Part shown: positions 47,192-58,074 of the stretch, in pieces
How positions within the stretch are numbered: the first letter of the stretch is position 1
Layout of the letters: every line of letters begins with the position of its first letter
Origin: Candidatus Latescibacterota bacterium
Lineage (GTDB): Bacteria; Latescibacterota; UBA2968; UBA8231
NCBI GenBank assembly: GCA_965248265.1
Contig: CBDFJF010000002.1
Coordinates: forward strand, 2,240,001 to 2,304,000
Direction: 5' to 3'
Length of the DNA stretch: 64,000 nt
Program-made: the position numbers and the translations under genes
Notes under the pieces: generated by a model
The model's database searches: none
Seen by the model: the letters and a program-made list of their open reading frames with translations, nothing else
Told to the model about the DNA's origin: nothing

Positions 47192-48805
47192 ATGGCCACC
47201 AGGGACAACACCGTAGATGTCCTCGTGATCGGGGCTGGCATGTCCGGCGGCGCCTTCACGTGGAGTTTGAGCGAGGCCGGCATCCAGGTTATGTGCCTTG
47301 AGCAGGGGGACTGGCTCGACCCGGCAACCTACACCAGCACCCATGACGATTGGCAGCAGCAGATCTACTCCGACTTCAGCCTGGACCCGAATGTTCGCGG
47401 CCGGCGCGAAGACTATCCGGTAAACAGCGACGACTCTCCGATCACGCCGCTGATGTTCAACGCCGTCGGCGGCAGCGGGATTCACTGGGGCGCCCACCAC
47501 CCGCGGATGCGACCGTCGGACTTCAAGACCAATACGCTCGACGGCGTGGGCGACGACTGGCCGCTAACCTATTACGACCTCGAGCCGTTCTTCGACCTCA
47601 ATGACAGGATGACCGGCATCGCCGGCCTCAACGGCAATCCGGCCTACCCGCCGATGCCGCCCAGGCAGACGGGCCCGATCCGGCTGGGCAAGGTAGGGAA
47701 CAAGCTGGCGGAGGGGTTCGAGAAGCTGGGGTGGCACTGGTGGCCGGCGGAGAGCGCGATAAACTCCGCGCCCTACGATGGTCGGCCCGCGTGCACGTAT
47801 GGAGGACCGTGCATCACCGGGTGTCCCAACCGTTCGAAATCGAGCTCCGATGTGACCTACTGGCCGAAGGCGATCGCGAACGGAGCGGTGTTGAAAACCG
47901 GCGCGCGCGTGGCGGAGATCGTCGTCGGAAACGATGGACTCGCGGAACGGGTTGTGTACTACGATCGCAACGGAGCTGTCCAGGAGCAGAAGGCCCGGGT
48001 GGTCGTCCTGGCCTGCAACGGGATCGGTACGCCGCGTCTGCTGCTGAACTCTACATCCGCACGGTTTCCCGAGGGACTGGCGAACAGCAGCGGGCTCGTC
48101 GGGAAGAATCTGATGCTGCATCCGATAGCGGTGACCATGGGCGCGTTCGACGAGGACCTCGAGGCCCATAAGGGGCCGCTGGCCCTCACGATCACGAGCT
48201 ACGAGCATTATGAGACCGACACCTCGCGAGGGTTCGTCAGGGGGTACCAACTGCAGGGCAACCGCGACCTCGGTCCGGTCAACACCGCGCTTGGAGGTCA
48301 AGTGGAGCAACCGGTGCCCTGGGGTGAGGACCATCACCGCGCGTTCGATGAACGAATAGGTCGGGTAATTCCTATCGCCGCGGTCGGGGAGGACCTTCCA
48401 GAGCTTCACAACGAGGTCGTGTTGGACCCGGATCTGACCGACGGCGACGGCATTGCAGCGCCCAAAGTCAACTACATCCAGGCGGACAACAGCAAGAAAA
48501 TGATGGCACACGCCATCGCCCGTGCCACCGAAGCGCTGCAAGCGGCAGGAGCCAGGAAAGTGCTCGCCAACCCTTTGTTGAAAGGGGGCGGGTTCCACCT
48601 CATGGGCACGGCGCGAATGGGAACGGACCGCGGTAATTCGGTAGTGGACGAGTGGGGACGGGCCCACGACGTCAAGAATCTCTTCATCATCGACGGCAGC
48701 CTGTTCGTCACCAGCGGGGGTGTCAATCCCACCTCGACGATCCAGGCGTTGGCGCTGCGCAGCGCCGATTACGTCAAACGCAACGCCAGGAATATCCTAG
48801 ACTGA
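47192..48805 (+). CDS. GMC family oxidoreductase
   Basis: VIGAGMSG, VGGSGIHW, TPRLLLNS, HLMGTARMG, VNPTSTIQAL. Confidence 0.93.
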   Translation: MATRDNTVDVLVIGAGMSGGAFTWSLSEAGIQVMCLEQGDWLDPATYTSTHDDWQQQIYSDFSLDPNVRGRREDYPVNSDDSPITPLMFNAVGGSGIHWGAHHPRMRPSDFKTNTLDGVGDDWPLTYYDLEPFFDLNDRMTGIAGLNGNPAYPPMPPRQTGPIRLGKVGNKLAEGFEKLGWHWWPAESAINSAPYDGRPACTYGGPCITGCPNRSKSSSDVTYWPKAIANGAVLKTGARVAEIVVGNDGLAERVVYYDRNGAVQEQKARVVVLACNGIGTPRLLLNSTSARFPEGLANSSGLVGKNLMLHPIAVTMGAFDEDLEAHKGPLALTITSYEHYETDTSRGFVRGYQLQGNRDLGPVNTALGGQVEQPVPWGEDHHRAFDERIGRVIPIAAVGEDLPELHNEVVLDPDLTDGDGIAAPKVNYIQADNSKKMMAHAIARATEALQAAGARKVLANPLLKGGGFHLMGTARMGTDRGNSVVDEWGRAHDVKNLFIIDGSLFVTSGGVNPTSTIQALALRSADYVKRNARNILD

Positions 48806-48817
48806 TCAGGGACTGCC

Positions 48818-49297
48818 ATGCCGGCAAATCCACCAGAAGAAGGTCTCTACTTATCAGATCAACGGCGCGCGCTGCTGAGCAGCGTACTCGACTGCCTGGT
48901 TCCAGCGACTGACAGTCTCCCGGGCGCCGGCGCTCTGGGTGTGGCCGGGCACGTCGAAAGGAGTGCGAGCCGCTTCGTGAGTACAAGGAGGCTCCTGTCC
49001 GAAGGGCTCAGAGCCATTGACATCACCGGCGTGAAGGGGCATTCCCACCAGTTTGCCGATCTGTCCGATTGCGACAAGGTAGACGTACTCAAGCAGGTTG
49101 AGGTGGAGCGCCCCAGCTTCTTCGAGTTTCTGGTGCAGCACGCGTATGTCGGCTACTACTCGAATCCTACGGTGCTGCGAGAGAAGGGCCTGCCGTTGCG
49201 GCCACCACAGCCTGAGGGTTACGAGCTTGCCGAGTTCGATGCGTCCCTCCTTGACAACGTGCGGAGTCGCGAGAAGGTCTACAGAGAGGCGCGGTAG
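48818..49297 (+). CDS. Gluconate 2-dehydrogenase subunit 3-like protein
   Basis: LVP.TDSLPGA, FADLS, GYYSNP; directly follows the GMC gene. Confidence 0.8.
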   Translation: MPANPPEEGLYLSDQRRALLSSVLDCLVPATDSLPGAGALGVAGHVERSASRFVSTRRLLSEGLRAIDITGVKGHSHQFADLSDCDKVDVLKQVEVERPSFFEFLVQHAYVGYYSNPTVLREKGLPLRPPQPEGYELAEFDASLLDNVRSREKVYREAR

Positions 49298-49369
49298 CGA
49301 ATGCTAAACGAAAAACCAGCAGTTCAACTATCACGCCATACAGGCGTCGCCGCCCGTCGCGCCCATTAA

Positions 49370-50908
49370 TCAGCTGGCCTCCACAAACTGGAACGCGTAG
49401 AGCTTTGCCGAACGCATCGTGACGCGCATCCGGACAGGCCGGCCGCTCAGCGAGCCGACGTCGGGGCCTCCCCGCCACCAGACCTCCTGCGCGACGCCGT
49501 TCCGGTCGACCGACACGGCGTCCTCGAACGTGTACCCGGGAAACGGCTTGCCGCCTTCGTCCTGGAGCTCGACCCACGCTTCGCCCATGGCGCCACAGTC
49601 GATGTTCAGCAGCAGACGGTTGCCTGCGAACTCGATCGGTGGCGTCACGAACCACCCGTCATCTGGTCCCGCATCCACCGAGACAAAACCGTCCAGACGC
49701 TGTTTGGCCTGCCAGATGCGCACGTCGCGCTCATATTGACCGTGGGTGCACGCCCCCTCGGCGCAGTACTGGTAGATGAAGTTTCCCCGCCGGACCAGCC
49801 CTACGCCCATGTAGACAGATCCCCCGAGCTGCGGCTCGTCCATCAGACCAAGGCCAACGTAGGGCGTACGGAAGCGCTCGAAGGTGACGCCGTCGCGGCT
49901 AACGGCGAGCTGCACATCGAGTGGGCCGCCGTTCTTGTGTTGCCCTCGATCGTCCCGCCCATGGCTGTTCTGCCCCTCGTAATGCCTGTATAGGGTCGGG
50001 AAGGCAAAGATTGCGTCGTCCGCCCATACGTATGGATTGACACAGGGCGTGTAGATGTCGGTGGCTGGCGGATCACGCTCGTCACCCGTTATGATCTCCG
50101 GGGCGCACTGCGGCGGCATCCGGTCGTACAACCCCACCGGGCTCCTAGGCAATGTGTTGTCCTCATCAAAATTGAACGGCAACTGCGTTAGCGAGGGCGA
50201 GGTCAGACGGGTGACCGTCCGCCTTCTCCCGGGCACGGGCGACGCGCCGCGCAGGTACGCAACGTAGGTGCCGGCGCCGGCATCGTAGAGGACCTGGTTC
50301 TGCGAGTCGCAGCGAAAGGGAACGACGACTCCGCTGCGCTGCCGGCGCCACGATATGCCATCCTCGGAATGGAGCAGGTACAACCCGGCGTGGACTGGCC
50401 GGCTGCCGTCGGGGGCGTCGTAACCGCCGAAGTACGTATCCCGGGCCTCGTCCCAGATCGGCGGCTCGGTGCGCTCGCCCAGCGTTCCCACGAACCAGAA
50501 CCTGCTGCCGCACGTCTCATTGGGGTCGAGAAACGGCGTGCCGACCGCGCCGGGCATGACCACGTTGTTGTGAGCCAGTCCCTCCACCTCGAACCGGTCC
50601 ACCGGCGCCAGCTCCCAGTCGATGCCGTCGTCCGACCAGGCCAGGCAGCACATGTACCCTACGTGATCACGTTCACGCATCTCGTCCGGCCTCAGGAGGT
50701 AGTACAGCCAGAAACGACCGTCCACGTCGAGTACCGTGTGGTAGTGACGGGCGTGCAGGCCGGGGAGGGACGGCAGATTGATAGGTGTGCGCTGCAAGGG
50801 GGGATTGACCGTGAACTGCAGGTCTGCGGACGACTCGACGAAGCGACGGTCAAACAGCAGCTGTTTGCGTGTGCCTACAGGCCATACCTGAGTTGTTTTT
50901 GCCATCAT
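49370..50908 (-). CDS. Beta-propeller glycoside hydrolase-like protein
   Basis: QLLFDR, SDDGIDW, CDSQNQ, QLAVSRDG, RLDGFVS, AKLYAFQF. Confidence 0.75.
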   Translation of the reverse strand: MMAKTTQVWPVGTRKQLLFDRRFVESSADLQFTVNPPLQRTPINLPSLPGLHARHYHTVLDVDGRFWLYYLLRPDEMRERDHVGYMCCLAWSDDGIDWELAPVDRFEVEGLAHNNVVMPGAVGTPFLDPNETCGSRFWFVGTLGERTEPPIWDEARDTYFGGYDAPDGSRPVHAGLYLLHSEDGISWRRQRSGVVVPFRCDSQNQVLYDAGAGTYVAYLRGASPVPGRRRTVTRLTSPSLTQLPFNFDEDNTLPRSPVGLYDRMPPQCAPEIITGDERDPPATDIYTPCVNPYVWADDAIFAFPTLYRHYEGQNSHGRDDRGQHKNGGPLDVQLAVSRDGVTFERFRTPYVGLGLMDEPQLGGSVYMGVGLVRRGNFIYQYCAEGACTHGQYERDVRIWQAKQRLDGFVSVDAGPDDGWFVTPPIEFAGNRLLLNIDCGAMGEAWVELQDEGGKPFPGYTFEDAVSVDRNGVAQEVWWRGGPDVGSLSGRPVRMRVTMRSAKLYAFQFVEAS

Positions 50909-50929
50909 CCTCTCCTTCTCCTGGGATTT

Positions 50930-53386
50930 CTATTCGAACCACATCGTGCCGAATCGCTCAACGTTGTGGAACGAGCCGAACGTCGGGCGCCAGGTCGAGA
51001 GTTCGCGCTGCCACCCATCCTTGCCAACCATCTTGTAGAAATGGTTCCTGCAGAAATTAGCCAACCACGGTTTGTCCTTCGTGGGGTGGGTGAGGTCAAG
51101 CGAGGCCAGCGGAATCACCAGTTCCGCCGTCCACTCGTTCTCAGCCGTTGACGCCTCGTACACCACCCCGCGGGCATCCCATCTCATCATGCCCTTGTTG
51201 AATGGGGTGGTCCTGTCCGGGTGGAAGTTGTCCGTGTAGATGTTGTCCGGCCCGACGACGAACTGGTACTTCTTGACTCCCTGGACAAAGAACAATTCGC
51301 AGCTGTCGTCGGCCATCCAGATCGAGTCGTCCTCGCTCCCGGGTGGGAGCGTTCGACGAGGCGGGAGCCCGCTCAGCGATGCGCGAATCCCCACGTAGAG
51401 GTTCTCATCGTCCCGCACAAAGCGCATCTCCGTCTGACCATGCACATCCACGCGGTTGAAGCTGTCGCAGAAGTTCCCTGCCACGGCCGCGGTGCGCCAG
51501 AACGCATCGGTGAGTTTGCCGTCGACGATCGGCTTGCCGACAGCCACCTTGACACTGATTGCGTCGTTCTCGACCTCCCTCTGTAGTGCGGCACTCAAGC
51601 GCTCGCTCGCGGCTTCAAAGGGCAGGAAGCCTTTCAGTGTTCGAGCGGCGCGTGCATGATAGGGCTGCTGCCCCCGCGAGACCCGTTCCGCCTCTCTGAG
51701 ATACTCCATGGCCTTCTGCACGAATGCCTCGGGATAGACCTGACCCCAGACACTTCTGTAGTCCCAGAGTTCGGACTTGTTGTTGGGGTCCATGTACGCC
51801 GCTTCCATCACCTCATAGAACTGCTGGACCGAAGGACCGGCCGGCCCGTAGAACTCTTCATAGAACTCGGCCAGCATAGCATCGACGTCCTGATCCAGAT
51901 TCCACATCAGCTTCATGGCGATGTAGACGTTGAGCGAGTCGAAGATCCAGTCCGCCCAGCTCCCGTGGCCGGTGATGTCGACGCCCTCGCTGTCGTACTT
52001 GGTGAACGCGAGCACGCGCCCTTTCACGCGGCCGCGCTCCAGCGCGAACCAATCCTGAATCACGTGCGGGAAGATGGTCGGCGCGCCGTACGTGCCTTTG
52101 TCGTAGCGCGGATTGTTCCAGTAATCCCAGACATAGATGTGGTCTGTCTTCTCGGACCAGTCCGTGATGCGCTCCAGATGGGACGCTCTCGCGTTCGCAT
52201 CGGTCGCGAGATTCTGTGAGGCGGAACCGATGCATAGTGTTACTCCTATGTTCGACTCCAGATCGACGTTCTCTGGTATTGCCGAGTAATCGGAGTATGA
52301 GGCGCAGGTGATGACGCGCTCAGGGTGGGTCTTTCGAACCTCACGGGCCACTCTGTTGACGAAACCCCAGACGTAATCACTGTGCCGCGCACCACTGGGC
52401 TTCTCGTCGTCGACCTCAGCCTGGCAGTCCTCGCACCTGCACATGTGCGCTCCCATGCTGTCGCCGGGCATGACGGACGAGTAGCGCAGCCAGGGCTTGT
52501 CGTCGAATTCCTTCCGCTTGTCGGCGATCGTCTGCGCCAGAACGAACTCGTCACTGAAGCAGACGTGGCCGCCCATACTGCCCTCCTGGATCAGCGTGTG
52601 TCCGGCGTCTTGCAGCGCGAACCACTCGGGATGCTCCTCGCCGAAGCGACTCGGCCAGTCGTTGAACGAGTGCATGCCGATCGGGCTGCCACCCGGAGCT
52701 CCCCAGCGCATGCGGCGCCACCATTTCCACATGTCCTCGTGGGTGAAATCCGCCTCGTCGTGATACGAGTTGAACGCAAACCGCGTGTCGAAGGTCGGTG
52801 CACCGCCCCAGCGTACCCCGTCCACAGCCAGTGTCGCGTGTTTCGGCACGACCCGGCCCAGCTCGCCAGGCCAGTACCAACGCACACCGACGACGCGTTC
52901 GAGAAACTCATAGACCGCATACAGCGTGCCGAAGGGAAGTAGCGCGTTGGACACGGGACCCGGGTCGTACTCCGAATCGCCGCCGCTCAACAGCAGGGCC
53001 TGACCGGCGCGCGATACGACCCAGTTGTCAGGCGCCAGATAGCGTGGTGCCAGCCCCAAGCGCTCCGTCAGTTGGGTCGCACCCACCTGGATCGTCGGTC
53101 CCGTGATCGGCTGGCCGTCCTCGGCCACGGGCAGCTGGGTGCCCGTGCTGAGCTCGAGATGCTCGTTCAGTTCCTGTACTGCATAGCGAACCGTTTGGGT
53201 GGCGTTTCTGCCGATCACGATGGTCGCCGCAGGCTTGCCGTCCCGGACCAGGACGAGGGACCCGCTTGCCGGTTCCAGGCCGGCGACTCGGTTGGGCTGC
53301 TGTGGGGGGGAATCCTTTGAGACTAAGGTGCCCGGACGGACGACCAGACAGCAGACGGCGAGTGCGATGAGGCGGAAGAGTCTCAT
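50930..53386 (-). CDS. Secreted DUF4838 protein with C-terminal CBM9-like domain
   Basis: Signal peptide; GTLYAVYEFLE..GVRWYWPG; HPEWFAL; CRCEDC; VDGKLTD.FW; WTAELVIP. Confidence 0.82.
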   Translation of the reverse strand: MRLFRLIALAVCCLVVRPGTLVSKDSPPQQPNRVAGLEPASGSLVLVRDGKPAATIVIGRNATQTVRYAVQELNEHLELSTGTQLPVAEDGQPITGPTIQVGATQLTERLGLAPRYLAPDNWVVSRAGQALLLSGGDSEYDPGPVSNALLPFGTLYAVYEFLERVVGVRWYWPGELGRVVPKHATLAVDGVRWGGAPTFDTRFAFNSYHDEADFTHEDMWKWWRRMRWGAPGGSPIGMHSFNDWPSRFGEEHPEWFALQDAGHTLIQEGSMGGHVCFSDEFVLAQTIADKRKEFDDKPWLRYSSVMPGDSMGAHMCRCEDCQAEVDDEKPSGARHSDYVWGFVNRVAREVRKTHPERVITCASYSDYSAIPENVDLESNIGVTLCIGSASQNLATDANARASHLERITDWSEKTDHIYVWDYWNNPRYDKGTYGAPTIFPHVIQDWFALERGRVKGRVLAFTKYDSEGVDITGHGSWADWIFDSLNVYIAMKLMWNLDQDVDAMLAEFYEEFYGPAGPSVQQFYEVMEAAYMDPNNKSELWDYRSVWGQVYPEAFVQKAMEYLREAERVSRGQQPYHARAARTLKGFLPFEAASERLSAALQREVENDAISVKVAVGKPIVDGKLTDAFWRTAAVAGNFCDSFNRVDVHGQTEMRFVRDDENLYVGIRASLSGLPPRRTLPPGSEDDSIWMADDSCELFFVQGVKKYQFVVGPDNIYTDNFHPDRTTPFNKGMMRWDARGVVYEASTAENEWTAELVIPLASLDLTHPTKDKPWLANFCRNHFYKMVGKDGWQRELSTWRPTFGSFHNVERFGTMWFE

Positions 53387-53422
53387 GTGTTGGCCTCCTT
53401 GTGTCGCGTGTTGTGCACAGAT

Positions 53423-53836
53423 CTACTCTCTGACGTTCGCGCCCAACTGCTCCAGCAACCCGAGACCGTCCCAGTTGTCCCAGCCTTCCATGATCTGGCC
53501 ATCGACCATGCGGTCGAAGCTCATCCCGGTGACTTTGATGCGCTTGCTGGTAGGCGCAATGCCTTCGTACACACCCTTGTGCGTTCCAGTCAGTGTCCAG
53601 CGCGTAGCTACCTTGTCGCCTTCCGCGACCACGTCCTCGAGGTCGATGTGGATGTCTGGGAAGGCCTCGAGCAGCATGTTCCACTGCGCTTTGAAGGCGT
53701 CGAGCGAAGTCCCGAAGTTGGGATTGTGCCCTACGGCATCAGCGGCGATGTAGTCGTCTGCCGCATCCACATTGGCCTGGTTCCAGACCTCCTCAAAGAA
53801 GGCGTGGACTCTTTCCTTGTTTGTTTTCACGGACAT
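53423..53836 (-). CDS. SnoaL-like ester cyclase
   Basis: NKERV..FFEEVWN, AFPD, AEGDKV, GTHKG, DGLGLLEQLG. Confidence 0.9.
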   Translation of the reverse strand: MSVKTNKERVHAFFEEVWNQANVDAADDYIAADAVGHNPNFGTSLDAFKAQWNMLLEAFPDIHIDLEDVVAEGDKVATRWTLTGTHKGVYEGIAPTSKRIKVTGMSFDRMVDGQIMEGWDNWDGLGLLEQLGANVRE

Positions 53837-53948
53837 GCACGTCCCCCTCGATTCAAGTTGGTAGTGTCGTTGCGTGGAAACCATAACGACCGGCGCGGGT
53901 GTTGGCCAGCAGCTGACGCCGGAGTCGATGAACGACCGGGTGGAGTCC

Positions 53949-54960
53949 TCACAGATCGTGGAAGGGGTAGAGCTTGCGGCCCAAATTCTGGAAGCGGCTC
54001 TCAACGACTTCGGGCGCGTGAACGGAAGGTTCCGAAACAACATGGATGGCGCCCGCCCACGGCTCGAAACCGGCGCGAAAGTGACCAGCTGACGTGACGC
54101 CGATATAGCGCATCTTTTTCGGGTCGAGGTCGAGGGTGCGCGCGAAGGCGACGCCGTAGGGCTGTTCGCGATGACTCACTAACAACACGTGGACACCGTC
54201 CTGATGGATGTGGGCGGACGGCCCCATGTTGCCCTCTAAGCCGCGGTTTCTCGGCCCTTCATAACGAAAATGGCCATCTGACAGCGCCACCACTTCCGCG
54301 GTCATGGATACCGGCTCGCCCTGGACCGGCGTCGACTTTGCTCCGACCTCGATGTCGATGGTCGCGCCCACGCCGATTTTGCGGCATTCCTCCACCGCCT
54401 CCGGGTCGACGATGTAGAGGATGCAGGCGTCCTGCAGTTTTTCCTCGACGAACGTTCGCAACATGCCCGTGCTGTCGCCGGGAGAACCGCCCCCCGTGTT
54501 GTCACTGCGATCCGCGAAGATGACCGGGTAGTGACCGGCCTTATCTGACTCGGCGAGACACTCTCGCGTCGAAAACCACTCATTCTGCCAGTCAGCCCGG
54601 CGCTCCCAGAGAACCGCAGACCACACCCGGGCGAGCTTCGATCTCGTGCAGCCGGACGATCGCATCTTTCATGGGTGGATGGTCGGTGATCTGGTTCATT
54701 CCGCAGACCAGGGGCAGCTGGTGCAACGCCATCGTGGGGCGCAGACCCTGCTGGAGCGCGCGGTGCATGATCTGGGCGCAATCGCGCCCACGATCCTCCT
54801 GGTCGATCTCGGGGTACGTCTCATGGCCGATCAGCACATCCGCCATCGCCACCATGGCGCCGTGCAGGTCGAGGAGGACGCCGTCGAGCGGACCAGCGGC
54901 TCGCATCCGCTCCAGCATGTCGCCGAGGATTTCATCGAAGACAGAGCGCGGGTGGGCATC
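53949..54960 (-). pseudogene. MlrC/M81 metallopeptidase pseudogene with internal deletions
   Basis: LDLHGAMV joined directly to AMADV..TYPEID; ADRSDNTGGGSPGDST; HFRAGF; frames split; N-terminus absent. Confidence 0.85.
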
Positions 54961-55025
54961 TGTCGCTAGTCCTCGGCGCCACGGGAGACGATGGGGATCC
55001 CGATACCAAGGACACAATCGATCAG

Positions 55026-55394
55026 GTGAGTAGCCGCGTCGCGGCCGTGGTGGCGTATTTTCCGCCGACCGACTTGCGTCTGTGGGTGAATCCCGGATCG
55101 CTGTACTACGAGAGATTTCCCGCTTTGCGGTTTGACCCCGACCGGGCAGACGAGGTGTCGCCGGCGCTGCACGCCAGTATGGACGACGCACCGATGTTGT
55201 TGATCCACGGAGATAAGGACGAACTTGTGCCCATCAAGCATAGCGAGCAGATGCTTGCGGCGTGCAAGGACAATAACGTCGAATGCGAATTAGTGGTCAT
55301 CGAGGGCGCGGCTCATGAATTCAGTGGCAGCGATGCGAATCGTGCCGCGGAAGCAAGGCTGGCGTGGTTTGAGAAGCACCTGAAGTCGCAGTGA
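55026..55394 (+). pseudogene. Alpha/beta hydrolase C-terminal half (nucleophile Ser region absent)
   Basis: SRVAAVVAYFPPTD, LIHGDKDELVP, GAAH, WFEKHL. Confidence 0.75.
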
Positions 55395-55494
55395 GGCTGT
55401 ATGTCCAGGGTCGTATTGGGTGACAGGCTGTCGGACTTGTAGGACGCACGACGGTGTTCGGTGAAGGCATCCATGATGAGGAACACCCAAGGAC

Positions 55495-55568
55495 GGAAGT
55501 ACAAGAGCCCTTTTTGGTGATTCACGAGTCTCGACGTGAGTATTTGGCGCCATCGGGGGGTAGGATCG
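55495..55568. repeat. 74-bp direct repeat, partner at 57660-57733
   Basis: GGAAGTACAAGAGCCCTTTTT..TGATTCACGAGTC..GACGTGAGTATTTGGCGCCATCGG.GGGTAGGATCG; 5 mismatches by eye. Confidence 0.92.
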
Positions 55569-55582
55569 CGCCTGTTGCCAGC

Positions 55583-57574
55583 TCAGTACACGCGCAACGT
55601 GTTGCCCACCGTGCCGGTCAGGACATCGACGACGAGCCAGCAGCCGCCGACGACGATCTGACCGAGGGCGACGCCCATGAAGAAGGGCACGGTCCGGCGG
55701 TAGAGGGCGGCCCCCCCGAACCTGAGGACGATCGCTTTGATCAGCCACGCGAGAAAGATCGAGCACCAGATCTGACTCATGACCCAACCCATGCTCGCGG
55801 CAAAACCGATGGGATGCAACGGCCACCAGATCCAATGGTTGCGAACGAAGATCAGGACGCCCATCAGGAAGGCGCCGGCGCCGGTCCAGAGCCAGCCGAT
55901 GAAATCGGGGCCGGTCGGGTTGAGGATTTTCTGCATGGCGAACTTGGAGGGATTATCGGCAAAGCCGGTGAAGTACTGTGCGTGGAGGTTTACGGCGCCA
56001 TGAGTATAGGCCAGGTGCAGGGTGTACCAGGTGGAAACAGTCAGGCTGATGAACATGGCCGCGGCAATGCCCCAGAGCAGGCGGCGGCGGTTGCCGCGCA
56101 GTTCGGAATCCAGGTCGCTGCCAAGGCGCATGGCATTGACCAGAGGGGCGGTCATGAAGACGAGCATATCGCCGATCCAGACGACGGTATAGCCCAATGC
56201 GACCAGGCCCTTGATACCCAGGGCCGGCACGCCGACGGCGCTGACGGCGAATCCGCTGGGTACCATACCGGGGGTAATCGTCGGGGTCCCCACCTCGGCG
56301 ACTATGCGCGCCAGGGCCACGAGAATACAGAGGGCGGTGACGACGACGAGCGCGGCGATCCACAAGGGCAGCCCGCTCTGCCACAGCCACAGGGTCATCA
56401 TCGTCGCGCCCATCGCGAACCCGCCGATACAGAAGCGGTACGAGGCCATCTCACCGGTTTCTCGTCCCGGCCGCCAGGCTTTGCGTAAGACATCCGCCAG
56501 ATGGGCGCGCGCCGTCCACAAGCCGTAGCCGACGAGTACCGCCAGAGCTCCCATCATCTGGTGCCCTATCCCCGCGATAGACCACTCGCCGAGCTGATCG
56601 CTGTGGTTGAGGTGCAGGCTGCGGAGAAGGCCGTCTTCCAGCGCGTGCAGCAGGTAAAAGACCCAGAGGCTGAGGGAGAGCTGGGTGCCGATGAGATAGG
56701 CGAAGCCGAGCATGATGAAGTTGATGCCGATGCTCAGCGTGACGCTGTCGCGCACAAAGGTCAGCTGGGTTCGCAAGGTCGGGGAGGGCACGCCGGGAAA
56801 GTAGTGCTGCAGAGCCTCGAGGCTGCCGAGGACGAAAGGGATCGCCAGGCCGATCCAGATAAGGGGATTGCGGAAGAAGGGTTTGAGCAGCCTGCCACCC
56901 TCGTCCTGGATCATGGCCAGGGGAACCTGCGCCATCGGATAGGCCAGGCGCTCGTTGTCGACCCATTGGCGCCGCAAGATGCTCATCAACGAAATCAGGG
57001 TCAGGTAAAACGCCGCGTAGAACAGGAGCCAGCTACCCAGAGGTAAGAGCCAGGCGGACCAGGGAATTCGAGCGCCGCGTCCCTGGCCTTCGTAGAAGGC
57101 GTTGATGGCCTCCTCGTCGGCGACAACCATCCAGCTTGCCAGGTGCGGATGAATCAGCGTGGCCCACTGATTTTCGGGCGTGGCGTAGTAGAAGGTGCCG
57201 GTGATCATCGGCAGCAGCATACCGACGACGCCGCGGGTGGGTATGGCGGTGGCGACGGCCATCATGACGAAGATCGTCAGCAATTCGCCGCGGCTGAAGG
57301 CCCAGGCGCGCTTGAGTGCGCCGAGGAAAAGGTGCAGGGTCAACAGCAATACGAAAAGCAGGAAGAAGGCTGCCGGCGTGACCGAGCTCAACCCCATGCG
57401 GGTGCCCTGGATGACCATGCTGCCGTAGGGAACACCTACGGCGATAAACCCCGCCAACCCGCAACCGCAGATAATTGCCCGCATGGTGACACCTGAGGAG
57501 GCGTTGTCCCCGGTCACGGTCCTGTCGAGGTGGCCGCGGAAGTCGGTGGGAAGCTCTCGGCGCAAGGGGCTCAT
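55583..57574 (-). CDS. DUF6785/DUF6784-type polytopic membrane protein (putative transporter)
   Basis: YYATPENQW, LRRQWVDNERLAYP, RIVAEVG, WWPLHPIG, LRFGG. Confidence 0.8.
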   Translation of the reverse strand: MSPLRRELPTDFRGHLDRTVTGDNASSGVTMRAIICGCGLAGFIAVGVPYGSMVIQGTRMGLSSVTPAAFFLLFVLLLTLHLFLGALKRAWAFSRGELLTIFVMMAVATAIPTRGVVGMLLPMITGTFYYATPENQWATLIHPHLASWMVVADEEAINAFYEGQGRGARIPWSAWLLPLGSWLLFYAAFYLTLISLMSILRRQWVDNERLAYPMAQVPLAMIQDEGGRLLKPFFRNPLIWIGLAIPFVLGSLEALQHYFPGVPSPTLRTQLTFVRDSVTLSIGINFIMLGFAYLIGTQLSLSLWVFYLLHALEDGLLRSLHLNHSDQLGEWSIAGIGHQMMGALAVLVGYGLWTARAHLADVLRKAWRPGRETGEMASYRFCIGGFAMGATMMTLWLWQSGLPLWIAALVVVTALCILVALARIVAEVGTPTITPGMVPSGFAVSAVGVPALGIKGLVALGYTVVWIGDMLVFMTAPLVNAMRLGSDLDSELRGNRRRLLWGIAAAMFISLTVSTWYTLHLAYTHGAVNLHAQYFTGFADNPSKFAMQKILNPTGPDFIGWLWTGAGAFLMGVLIFVRNHWIWWPLHPIGFAASMGWVMSQIWCSIFLAWLIKAIVLRFGGAALYRRTVPFFMGVALGQIVVGGCWLVVDVLTGTVGNTLRVY

Positions 57575-57820
57575 CCGCTGAAGGCGTGATTATCGGTCAT
57601 GCGGGTCGAGGGGCGAGTCCGTCGCGAATAGCAAAGGCTCTCCTTTTTCCGAACGTTTAGGAAGTACAAGAGCCCTTTTTCTTGATTCACGAGTCCGGAC
57701 GTGAGTATTTGGCGCCATCGGTGGGTAGGATCGGATACATCACAGGTGGCCGGCCCACCGGAGGCCTGTACATGATGACCATCCTGCAGTGACGGTGCTC
57801 CACTTTCCCATTTTTGCCAA

Positions 57821-58021
57821 GCCGGATTGTCGTGCAGATCGAGCAGCGGTGCCACGCCCAACGCGACCAGAGTCGGTGTTGAGGGAGGGCATTCGCTGGA
57901 ATCCTGCCTGAAATACTGCGTTCGCAGCTAACCGGATCGACTCAGGCGCTGCAGTTGGAGCACGGGGCCATGGGTCGTAGTAGACGACATCGCCCGTGCG
58001 CGTGAAGAAGCTCGGCGAAAG
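57821..58021. repeat. ~200-bp direct repeat, partner at 59669-59867
   Basis: Near-identical copies either side of phoX, with a few substitutions and 1-nt indels. Confidence 0.93.
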
Positions 58022-58074
58022 ATGTCTCAGCCGCCGAACCGGTTTTGACAGCTGCCCAGTTGGCGGATTCGGCC

